A stretch of 64,000 bases of DNA from Clostridia bacterium (GTDB taxonomy: Bacteria; Bacillota; Clostridia; Oscillospirales; CAG-272): the NCBI GenBank assembly GCA_017462485.1, contig JAFTRA010000006.1, forward strand, positions 1,275-65,274, in the 5' to 3' direction. Of the stretch, positions 9,647-18,078 are shown piece by piece. Made by a program: the position numbers and the translations under genes. How positions within the stretch are numbered: the first letter of the stretch is position 1; each line of letters opens with the position of its first letter. Under the pieces are notes generated by a model. That model did no database searches. It had not been told where the DNA came from and worked only from the letters and a program-made list of their open reading frames with translations.

Positions 9647-10891
9647 TTAAATAATTACGTGCTTTGGCAAGCCGTTTTCGTATTTAACGGCAGTTTCGCC
9701 TACTATAAGAGGTCTAAGATACTCAAGGCACTTTTCGGTAACACCGTTACCGGCCTCGTTTATGTAGTCCATAGGAACGGTTTTGATTTCGTTCGCTATA
9801 GTTCTGATATCCGCCATACCGTAGCTTACCGAATATTCTTTTTCGGCGCTACGCTCTATCGTTGCCATAACTCCCGTGTTACCGAGAAGAGCAAGGCGTA
9901 CTCCCGCCATACCCACTCCTACCGATTCATTTATATCGGTGAGCGAGCCTATGTGAGCTGCGCATCTTTGCGGAAGGCTGAGCTCAATTGAACGAACCTT
10001 GCAGCCGAGCTTCTCCTTGACGATATTTTCAAGCACCTTGCCCGTGCCCGAGAGGTATTTATGACCGAAAGCGTCAACCGCACCCGACTGACCGCCCGAG
10101 CCAACGTACTCACCGTCAGCAAATCTTATTCCCTCAGAAGCGCATACGAGAACTGCGGGATGCTTTTCCATGGCGCTCTTTACAGAAGCTATAAATTCCT
10201 CCGTGTCAAAGACACGTTCGGGAAGATATATAAGGTCGGGACCGTCTCCGCTTATCTCGGGGAGCGCTGCCGATGCCGTAAGCCAGCCTGCGTCTCTTCC
10301 CATTACTTCAACTATAGTTACCGCCTTGACGGTATAAACGCTTACGTCACGGAGTATTTCCTTGACGGTCGTTGCGACAAACTTCGCAGCCGAGCCGAAG
10401 CCGGGGGTATGATCGGTTGCCATAAGGTCATTGTCTATCGTTTTCGGAATTCCGACTACCCTAAGCTCGTATTTATGCTCCTTCGCATACTCCGAAAGCT
10501 TCAAAACGGTATCCATAGAATCGTTACCGCCAATATAGAAGAAATAACGAATGTCGTATTTCTTAAAGATTTCAAACATTCTCTCGTATGTAGCGGCATC
10601 AACGTCGTGGCTCTTCAGCTTTCTTCTGCAAGAGCCGAGAGCGGCCGCAGGCGTGGTTTCAAGAGTTGCGAGCCATTCTTCGTCAGGAAAGTGACTTCCG
10701 AGGTCAACAAGTCTTTCTTCAAGAAATCCCTCAATTCCGTTTCTCATACCGTAGAGAGTTTTAATAACGCCCTCCTCATTCGCCTTGGCGCATCCTCTTA
10801 TAACTCCCGAAAGAGTTGCGTTAATCGCAGAGGTCGGTCCGCCCGACTGACCTACGACAGCATTTCCTTTAAGCATAATCAAATTCTCCAT
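9647..10891 (-). CDS. pfp: 6-phosphofructokinase, pyrophosphate-dependent type
   Basis: This is a PFK-family protein. It has GGNDS where E. coli PfkA has GGDGS, which is the G104D-equivalent change. It has PKTIDND where PfkA has GTIDND, which is the K124-equivalent change. Both are the established signatures of PPi specificity. Confidence 0.75.
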   Translation of the reverse strand: MENLIMLKGNAVVGQSGGPTSAINATLSGVIRGCAKANEEGVIKTLYGMRNGIEGFLEERLVDLGSHFPDEEWLATLETTPAAALGSCRRKLKSHDVDAATYERMFEIFKKYDIRYFFYIGGNDSMDTVLKLSEYAKEHKYELRVVGIPKTIDNDLMATDHTPGFGSAAKFVATTVKEILRDVSVYTVKAVTIVEVMGRDAGWLTASAALPEISGDGPDLIYLPERVFDTEEFIASVKSAMEKHPAVLVCASEGIRFADGEYVGSGGQSGAVDAFGHKYLSGTGKVLENIVKEKLGCKVRSIELSLPQRCAAHIGSLTDINESVGVGMAGVRLALLGNTGVMATIERSAEKEYSVSYGMADIRTIANEIKTVPMDYINEAGNGVTEKCLEYLRPLIVGETAVKYENGLPKHVII

Positions 10892-10926
10892 TTTTTCTAA
10901 AATTGATATTTATTTCGTAGCAGAAA

Positions 10927-11805
10927 TCAAAGCAAATCTTTTTCAGTAAACTTATATTCAGAATTACAGAAGTGACAAACTGCCGTGAGAGTGCGCGGCT
11001 TGCCCTCTTTTTCCTCTTCGTCAAACATAGCTTTAATCTCCGATTCTCCGAGACCGCGAATCTTTTTTCTCATTCTCTCACGGGAGCAGTCGCACTTATA
11101 TTCAACCTCGATAGTATCAAAGAGGTCAAACTCTATATCACGCATAGCGATGTCTATTATTTCCTCGTTCGAAAGGCCTGAGTCAAAGAGCTTTGATACG
11201 TTCGAGATATCGGCAGCGTTTCTTTCTATGAGGTCAACCGTTTTCTCATCGGGGAAAGGCAAGAGCTGAATGAGTATTCCGCCTGCGGCACGCGCGGTGA
11301 AATCGGTGTCAACAAGAACCCCGAGCGAAAGAACGGTCGGTATCTGCTCGCTTTTTGCAAAATAAGTAGCTATATCCTCCGCAACCTCTCCCGAAACTAT
11401 TTCAATAGTGCCGCTTTGAGGCTCTTTTCCGCCTACGTCACGTATCATATAAAAGGTGCCGTAGCCTACTGCTCCGCCGACGTCAAGCTTTCCGTTAGGC
11501 TTGCGCTTCGGGTCTGCGTTAGGATTGTCAATATAGCTCTTAACGTTACCGAAATAATCCGCAACGGCAATCATTTTTGATATTTCTCCGTTTGAGGAAA
11601 ATCCCACAGTCAAGCTATCGGTGCTTTCGGGAAGCATCGTTCCTATCATTGACGCCGCCGTTACGAGTCTTCCGAGTGCCGCAGTTGCGGTAGGCGCGGT
11701 TTTATGCACCTTTATCATCTCATTGACCATTTCCTTTGAGTTTATAACGAGAACTCTGGCAGAGCCGTCTCTTGTCATACCCCTCGTAATTAATGATTTT
11801 CCCAT
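10927..11805 (-). CDS. hslO: Hsp33 family redox-regulated chaperone
   Basis: The C-terminal zinc centre is CDCSRERM...CHFCNSEY. The start was set at 11805, which has an AGGAG RBS 8 nt upstream. Confidence 0.9.
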   Translation of the reverse strand: MGKSLITRGMTRDGSARVLVINSKEMVNEMIKVHKTAPTATAALGRLVTAASMIGTMLPESTDSLTVGFSSNGEISKMIAVADYFGNVKSYIDNPNADPKRKPNGKLDVGGAVGYGTFYMIRDVGGKEPQSGTIEIVSGEVAEDIATYFAKSEQIPTVLSLGVLVDTDFTARAAGGILIQLLPFPDEKTVDLIERNAADISNVSKLFDSGLSNEEIIDIAMRDIEFDLFDTIEVEYKCDCSRERMRKKIRGLGESEIKAMFDEEEKEGKPRTLTAVCHFCNSEYKFTEKDLL

Positions 11806-11807
11806 AA

Positions 11808-12572
11808 TCAATTCTCCTTTTTGCATCTTGCGACTATATAGAGCCTTTCGCTATCGTCGCTTCCCGCGTCAAATTCAAAATTCGAATAAGCGCCTATAAA
11901 TTCAAGCGAATTTCTCGAAAGCGCGGATTTTATCATACGGAGAGTGTACATTCTCTCACGCTGAATTTCGTCGTATCTTTCGTATCTTCCGTCGCGCGAC
12001 TCCTTGAACAGAGTTATATAGAAGTCACAGCATTTCGTATTTTTATTGTAATAATTTTGCCAAACGCACATAGCGTCTGAGCTTTCCATAACGTACGACT
12101 CGTCACCGTAAATATTCTCAAACTTGTATTTACCGTTAATGTCAAATATAAAAAGTCCGTCGGGTATAAGATAATTATGCACGAGCGAGAGCGTTTTGTC
12201 AAGGTCTTTATTGCTTGTAAGATGATTTATTCCGTCAAGGCAACATACCGCTGCGTCAACCGTTCCGTAAAGCTCAAATTCCCTCATATCCTGACAGAGC
12301 CAGAGCATTTTATCCGAAAGTCCCAAGTCGTTTGTTCTTTCTCTCGCTATATCAAGCATTTCGGGAGAATAATCAATTCCCGTCATATCGTAGCCGCGGC
12401 GAGCAAGCTCAATAGTCATACTTCCCGTTCCGCAGCCAAGGTCGAGAACCAAATCCGGCTTTCCTACTCCATAATGGCGCTCTATTATCTTTTCAATAAA
12501 GTCTGCCCATTCCGAGTAATTTATATCTCCGTTGAATTTATCGTAAAACGGAGCAAGCAAATCGTAAATCAT
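11808..12572 (-). CDS. Class I SAM-dependent methyltransferase (small-molecule type)
   Basis: Motif I is VLDLGCGTGSMTIELA, and motif post-I is GIDYSPEML. Its start is only 17 nt downstream of the helicase gene stop, on the same strand. Confidence 0.8.
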   Translation of the reverse strand: MIYDLLAPFYDKFNGDINYSEWADFIEKIIERHYGVGKPDLVLDLGCGTGSMTIELARRGYDMTGIDYSPEMLDIARERTNDLGLSDKMLWLCQDMREFELYGTVDAAVCCLDGINHLTSNKDLDKTLSLVHNYLIPDGLFIFDINGKYKFENIYGDESYVMESSDAMCVWQNYYNKNTKCCDFYITLFKESRDGRYERYDEIQRERMYTLRMIKSALSRNSLEFIGAYSNFEFDAGSDDSERLYIVARCKKEN

Positions 12573-12589
12573 AAAAACTCCTAAAAATC

Positions 12590-14824
12590 TTATTCGAAGC
12601 GCTCTATAACCTCGTCGGCAAAAAGCCTGTCCCGAGCGTAAGCCTCGCGCAACAGCTCCGGGGGAATATACTCGTCGTATTTATCAAATACCGGGCATTC
12701 TCCGTCGCGGACAAGAGCTAACGTATCAATACCGTCGCGCGCTATGATATCTCTTATGCCAAATAGAATATTGCGTCCTGCATCCTCACGCGCTTTGAAT
12801 TTTATATAATGGCAGCTCTCGCTTTGTATATCGGAAATACCAAGCTCCGAGGCGTATTTTTGCAAAAATCTGCGCAGTGTTCTGAAAGAACGCGTTCCGA
12901 GCCACGGGAAAATGCAATAGCTCTGACCACCGAGATACACAAGCATATTATCGCGCATTTTTGCGTTTTCCGCAACCCGTCTTGCGTTTTCAAGTCTCTC
13001 TTTCGCATTGTCACCAAGGAATGCGTATTCCTTACCGTTGAAGAGAACGTCACGCATAGCGAGAAGAATTTTCGTATGAATCTCTCCGCTGTCACCGGGC
13101 CAGGAAACCTCCATTTTGCCCTCTACTCGCTTGACGAATATGAGCTTTCTCTGAATATCGGTTTCCTTTACCTCCCATACTCGTCCCGCAAGGGCAAATC
13201 TATCGCCTACAGGTGGGGGTGTCGTTATAGTTCCGATTTCTTCACTGTCGCACCTGACGGTGAAATCCTCACTGTCCTTAAACACAGCGTAAAACTTAAA
13301 GCTTCCGATAAGTCTTTCGCCTTTAAGTCCGATAATAAGCTTTTTTTCCTCGGTAAATTCGAGATAATCGTCGTTTATCATTGAAACAAGCAGCGCACGG
13401 TAATCCTCTTTCTCGATAGCTGAAAGGGGTGGAAGGGAGAGCACCTTTGACGCAAGCTCCTTTGCCGAAAGCTCACCGCCGGACGCAAGAATACTGAGCG
13501 TTTGATGGAACGCAAGGCTTAACGGCATTTTTTTGAATCTCGGGGGCTCTATAAAGCGCTCGGTCGAATAAAGCTCGACTATTGCTATGCCGCGAAGCAT
13601 TTCCCAAGGAATTATTTCTGGAAGCGGCGCATTCGGAAGGGGACATTCCTCTCTGTATAGCATTATCATTTCCGGGGGCGTTCCTCTTCTGCCTGAGCGT
13701 CCGAGTCTTTGTAAAAATCCCGAAACGGTCGTTGGAGAGCCTACCTGGCAGACTCGCTCAAGTCTTCCGATATCAATTCCGAGCTCCATCGTTACGGTAG
13801 CGCAGGTAACCGCTCTGACAACGCTTTCGTCCTTCATCTTTGCCTCGGCATCTTCTCTCAACGATGCTGAAAGATTGCCGTGATGAATAAGAAAAACGTC
13901 ATCGTCTCCCCTCGCCTTTGCTATTTGACGAAGAGTTGCGGTAACGTATTCGGTTTCTTCTCTTGAATTGGAGAAAATAAGCGCTTTCTTTCCGTCAACC
14001 GAATCGTAAAGAAATTCATATCCGGGGTCAAGCATTGCTCTGCCGCCTCGCTCCTCCGACGGAGCGGTATCGTAAGACGGAGACTTCGTTTGAAGCTCAT
14101 TTGGGTCTTGTATATAAAAATGCTCAAGTCCAAGCCGCCAACGCAGCTTTTGCTTTTCGGGAACTGGGGCATAGGTTCTCCTACCGCTTCCCGCTCCAAG
14201 CCATTTTGCCGCCGCCTCGACGTCTCCTATGGTAGCGCTGAGTCCGACTCTTCTCGGAGAGTATCCGATAAGCTCGCCTATTCTCGAAAGCTGGCAGATA
14301 ACCTGATTTCCTCTGTCCTCTCCCAGCATTGCGTGAATCTCGTCAATAACAACGTATTTAAGCGAGCCGAAAAGCCTTGGAATATCGTTAGCTCTGTTTA
14401 TAAGCATCGATTCAAGAGACTCGGGAGTTATCTGCAAAATTCCCTCGGGATTTTTCAAGAGGCGTGATTTATGCGACTGGCTTACGTCTCCGTGCCAATG
14501 CGTAACGGTAATTCCCGACATATCGAGAAGCTCCTCGAGTCTATAAAACTGGTCGTTTATCAAGGACTTCAGGGGCGCAATATAAAGCACGGATATGGAA
14601 TTTGGCGCATCTTGGGAATTTACAATATCGGCAATTATAGGGAAAAATGCCGCCTCGGTTTTACCCGAAGCCGTCGATGAAGAAAGCAGCAAATTGTCAT
14701 CGGTTTCAAAAATGGCGTGCGCCGCCGCAAGCTGAATTTCTCGAAGCTCCGTCCAACCGTGACTGTAAATATATTCCTTTATAAAATCAGGAAAAAGCGA
14801 AAAAATCCTATTCGCTTCGCTCAC
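12590..14824 (-). CDS. sngC: Lhr/BrxHI-like DEAD/DEAH-box SF2 helicase, Shango SngC-like
   Basis: Motif I is SSTASGKTEAAF, motif II is VIDEIHAM, motif III is GLSATIG and motif VI is QRLGRSGRRG. A C-terminal extension of about 330 aa follows. The start is GTG with a GAGGTG RBS. It is the third gene of the TerB/ATPase/helicase operon. Confidence 0.8.
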   Translation of the reverse strand: MSEANRIFSLFPDFIKEYIYSHGWTELREIQLAAAHAIFETDDNLLLSSSTASGKTEAAFFPIIADIVNSQDAPNSISVLYIAPLKSLINDQFYRLEELLDMSGITVTHWHGDVSQSHKSRLLKNPEGILQITPESLESMLINRANDIPRLFGSLKYVVIDEIHAMLGEDRGNQVICQLSRIGELIGYSPRRVGLSATIGDVEAAAKWLGAGSGRRTYAPVPEKQKLRWRLGLEHFYIQDPNELQTKSPSYDTAPSEERGGRAMLDPGYEFLYDSVDGKKALIFSNSREETEYVTATLRQIAKARGDDDVFLIHHGNLSASLREDAEAKMKDESVVRAVTCATVTMELGIDIGRLERVCQVGSPTTVSGFLQRLGRSGRRGTPPEMIMLYREECPLPNAPLPEIIPWEMLRGIAIVELYSTERFIEPPRFKKMPLSLAFHQTLSILASGGELSAKELASKVLSLPPLSAIEKEDYRALLVSMINDDYLEFTEEKKLIIGLKGERLIGSFKFYAVFKDSEDFTVRCDSEEIGTITTPPPVGDRFALAGRVWEVKETDIQRKLIFVKRVEGKMEVSWPGDSGEIHTKILLAMRDVLFNGKEYAFLGDNAKERLENARRVAENAKMRDNMLVYLGGQSYCIFPWLGTRSFRTLRRFLQKYASELGISDIQSESCHYIKFKAREDAGRNILFGIRDIIARDGIDTLALVRDGECPVFDKYDEYIPPELLREAYARDRLFADEVIERFE

Positions 14825-14858
14825 TTATCTTCACCTCTTTTCGTGTTTCTGCCTAAAA

Positions 14859-16229
14859 TTAAATGTCTATATCAAACAAACTTACCTTTTTGTTAGGAAT
14901 AATAGGCGTTTCGGATAACTCTTCCTTTGCGGTCTGGTCGGCGCTGTCCGTAAAGCTCGTAGTTTTAATAAGCTCTGAAAACTTTGCGTTCTTATTATCA
15001 CGAAGAACGTTCAGGAATGAAAGAAAATCTCTTATAATTTCTCTTGGCGTAAGCATCTCATCCGCTCCGGCGCGACGTCTGGCTAAAGCCACGAATTCCT
15101 CAATTTCCGCATCAGTAACGAGCGGCTCGCTTCCGTCACGCATAGCGTAGAGATTCGTGAGTCTTTTCACAAGAGCGAGAAGCTCGCTTCCAGAAAGGGT
15201 GCGAAGTCTTATCACGGGAGATGACAAATTCTGATACCCCAAAGAAGCGGCATATTTCGAATCGGCTAGTCGGCTCTTCAAGGCATCGTAGCTGAAAAGT
15301 CCTCGTCTCGTATCCTCGAGAAACTGCGGTGTTCCGCCGAAAATCACACCGAGATTTTTCGCCTTGCCCTGCAAGGTATCGTTAAATATAGCAAGAAGCT
15401 TTTCGTAGTTTGCTTCTCTCGAAATTCTGTTCGGAATTTTGTATAGGTTTACGCACTCGTCGATAAACACTATAAATCCGAGATAACCGAGCTTTACTGA
15501 GAGTGCGGCAAAAAGCTTTATATATCCGTACCAGTTATCGTCGTCGATAACTGTGCTTACTCTGAAGCCGAGAGCCGCATTTGCCTCGGTTTTATTCGAG
15601 AATTCGCCTCGTAGCCACCTAAGACATGCGCTCTTTTTCTCAATATCGTCATTTATAGTAGCGCTGTAATACTCACCAAGTATTCTCGCAAAATCAAAGC
15701 CGCCCACGTCTCCCTCAAGCTCGGAGAGCATAAGCATTACCTTTTTCTTAAGCTCGCTCTCATAATTTTCGGAATCGGGCAAGATTCCTTCATCGGCAAG
15801 CTCGTACTGGAGCTTTGCGTAATGCCTTGAGAGTATTGTCGGAAGCGCGCCGCCGTCGGGCGCTGCTTTACTTGCCATATTTATCATCAGCTCTTTGTAC
15901 GTGGCAAGTCCCGCTCCGTTGCCTCCCGATAGTCTGCGCTCCGGTGAAAGGTCAGCGTCGGCACAGATAAATCCGCGCTCAAGCGCACGTCCTCGTATAA
16001 GCTGTATCAAGAAGCTTTTACCGCTTCCGTATCTGCCTATAAGAAAACGGCACGCAGCTCCACCCTCGGCAACGTCGTCTAGGTTATCAAGAAGCGAGCC
16101 GAGCTCCTCTTCTCTGCCTATCGCTATATAAGGCGCTCCTATCCTAGGAACAACTCCTGCGGAAAGCGAGGTTATGAGCGTATTTAAAATCCTTTTCGGA
16201 ATCTTTACTTCGTTATTTTGCGAAGCCAT
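14859..16229 (-). CDS. sngB: P-loop ATPase (BrxD/DUF2791-like), Shango SngB-like
   Basis: Walker A is IGRYGSGKSF and Walker B is FIVFIDECVNL. The protein is 456 aa. Its start overlaps the upstream gene by 25 nt and has a GAGGAG RBS. Confidence 0.75.
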   Translation of the reverse strand: MASQNNEVKIPKRILNTLITSLSAGVVPRIGAPYIAIGREEELGSLLDNLDDVAEGGAACRFLIGRYGSGKSFLIQLIRGRALERGFICADADLSPERRLSGGNGAGLATYKELMINMASKAAPDGGALPTILSRHYAKLQYELADEGILPDSENYESELKKKVMLMLSELEGDVGGFDFARILGEYYSATINDDIEKKSACLRWLRGEFSNKTEANAALGFRVSTVIDDDNWYGYIKLFAALSVKLGYLGFIVFIDECVNLYKIPNRISREANYEKLLAIFNDTLQGKAKNLGVIFGGTPQFLEDTRRGLFSYDALKSRLADSKYAASLGYQNLSSPVIRLRTLSGSELLALVKRLTNLYAMRDGSEPLVTDAEIEEFVALARRRAGADEMLTPREIIRDFLSFLNVLRDNKNAKFSELIKTTSFTDSADQTAKEELSETPIIPNKKVSLFDIDI

Positions 16230-17842
16230 TCGGTAATCTCCTCATAATAATCATCTATAATCTTATATTTTTCAATATCCGTTTCTTCGAGAATTACGTC
16301 TCCGAAGTTATCGGAAAATGCTTCATTTATTTTTTCTGCTACGGCATCGGGCAAAAGATTTTTCTCCTTTGCCAAGGAATATGCCGAATTTGTATCGTCA
16401 GCCAAGATAAATTCAAGGAATTTGAGCTCGGTTTCTCCGAGTCCGTAGCTATCCGTACAGTCTTCGTCGGAAAAAGCGACCGATTCGAGCTTAGGCTCTG
16501 ACGTGACTTTCGTTTCGTCGGCTTTATTATCCGCGTTGTCCTCTTCCAATTCTTCGATTCCCTCGATAAGCCTTGCCGTCATCTTCCAGGACGCTCTCTC
16601 TATTTCGACGGCGTCCTCAAAGGTTGCTTTTGAATCGGGAGCATCGTAAAGTCGCTCGTATTCGGGAGCGTTGGCACGCTCTTTCTCTCTCCTGAGTCTT
16701 TCAAACTCGGATTCAAAGTATTTATCAATGACGTATCTTACAGAATCGGATAGCTCGCGCACTGCAAGACGGCTTTTTACGCCAAGGCAGGCACGGAGCT
16801 TGTTTTCCGTGTATTTCACAGCTGCTGTAACCTCTCGGCGCAACTCGGGAGAATCCGCAATCGACGAATATTCTATCTCGAGATTGCACTTTACGGTATG
16901 CGTACAAAGAGAGCCCGCAAAGGCACTCCTCGTAAGCTTCGTCGTGCCACTTTTTGATATTATGTCACCCGAAAGCAATATTGAAAATACACGCTGCATA
17001 GCGCCCTCTACGTGCATTCTATACATAACCGCGCTTTCGCCGCCCGCATATTTCCCCCGTCTCCAATCATAGTCGGAAAGATAGGCTATCATAGCGGAGG
17101 CACCGTTCCCCCCCTTATCCAAATCCGAAAGATAAAATTCCTTAAACGAGGATGCGTTTATGACGTCAAAGAGGAAGTCCTTTATTTTATCAAACGGGCA
17201 ATCAAGCTCGTAAACCAGGCAGTAATCCTGCACCCAGAGAGCGAAGCTCACGTCAAGTCTCGGAAGCTCGTCTCGGTATGCTCGCCAAACGTCGCATAAG
17301 AGCGAAAGTCCCTCTTCCTTGCCTATTTTTTCAGGCAAATTCAGAATTTCATAGGCATAGAGGTAGATATACGAGTAATCCGTCTTTAAATAACTGCCAA
17401 GACGAAGTCGGTCACGCCAATAGAAATAGTATTTTTTCTGCTCCGCAGTCATCTGCGAATACTGTGGCTTATAGGAATAAAAGGATACAAAATCACTCTT
17501 TGGGCATTTATAATCGAAATATATGAGAGCCGCTTTTCTGAACGTATCGTAAAAATCAAATCTGTCAATAGACGGCTTTATCGTAATCTTTTTTAAGAGC
17601 TTATTGTTTTTGGGGTAGTACGAATAGGGCTCTTTAGAACTCGTTTCCTCACCTCTTTCAGCTTCGAAGGCGCTGAAATCTATTTTGCGCTCGGACTTTT
17701 TGTTCTTTGCACTTTCCTTGTCTTCGATAACAACTTCGCTGACTCTTATTCCCGTGGAAAACGGAGACATCACAGGCTTTGATTTGGGCACGAGCTTCGA
17801 TACGTCCCAAAAGTCGTCGTACTCATTTTTAAAATCAGCCAT
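16205..17842 (-). CDS. sngA: TerB-N / TerB-C domain protein, Shango SngA-like
   Basis: The central segment YSYKPQYSQMTAEQKKYYFYWRDRLRLGSYLKTDYSYIYLYAYEILN looks like the TerB_N hallmark. The C-terminal segment LLPDAVAEKINEAFSDNFGDVILEE looks like TerB_C. It is the first gene of the operon. Confidence 0.75.
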   Translation of the reverse strand: MADFKNEYDDFWDVSKLVPKSKPVMSPFSTGIRVSEVVIEDKESAKNKKSERKIDFSAFEAERGEETSSKEPYSYYPKNNKLLKKITIKPSIDRFDFYDTFRKAALIYFDYKCPKSDFVSFYSYKPQYSQMTAEQKKYYFYWRDRLRLGSYLKTDYSYIYLYAYEILNLPEKIGKEEGLSLLCDVWRAYRDELPRLDVSFALWVQDYCLVYELDCPFDKIKDFLFDVINASSFKEFYLSDLDKGGNGASAMIAYLSDYDWRRGKYAGGESAVMYRMHVEGAMQRVFSILLSGDIISKSGTTKLTRSAFAGSLCTHTVKCNLEIEYSSIADSPELRREVTAAVKYTENKLRACLGVKSRLAVRELSDSVRYVIDKYFESEFERLRREKERANAPEYERLYDAPDSKATFEDAVEIERASWKMTARLIEGIEELEEDNADNKADETKVTSEPKLESVAFSDEDCTDSYGLGETELKFLEFILADDTNSAYSLAKEKNLLPDAVAEKINEAFSDNFGDVILEETDIEKYKIIDDYYEEITEWLRKITK

Positions 17843-17890
17843 TTCACTCTCCCCTTTCCCTAATTTAAACGTTTAACACATAATCAATAA

Positions 17891-17919
17891 ATTGTAACAT
17901 ATTTTTCGTTAATTGTCAA
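17891..17919 (-). promoter_or_regulatory. Sigma-A promoter of the sngABC-like operon
   Basis: The minus strand reads TTGACA, a 17-nt spacer, then TACAAT, about 50 nt upstream of the sngA-like start. Confidence 0.55.
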
Positions 17920-18017
17920 TCGATTTTCCGGGCTTATGGGCATAAAATCTTTAATTATCATAACTACAGCGCAAAATCGTAGGATTCTAGAATACGGCAA
18001 TAATATAGTGAAAGACA

Positions 18018-18046
18018 TTGAATTTCGTATCGCTGTATAATATAAT
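18018..18046 (+). promoter_or_regulatory. Sigma-A promoter of the giant LamG-repeat gene
   Basis: TTGAAT, a 17-nt spacer, then TATAAT. An AAGGAGG RBS lies at 18063-18069. Confidence 0.5.
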
Positions 18047-18078
18047 CAGCAAAAAACAATTTTAAGGAGGAAATCTCT

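Noticed and set aside
12590-16229. A BREX system, considered because of BrxD-like and BrxHI-like proteins.
   Set aside because: No PglX methyltransferase, PglZ phosphatase or BrxA/B/C genes are present. The partner gene is a TerB-N/TerB-C protein, which fits the Shango architecture instead.
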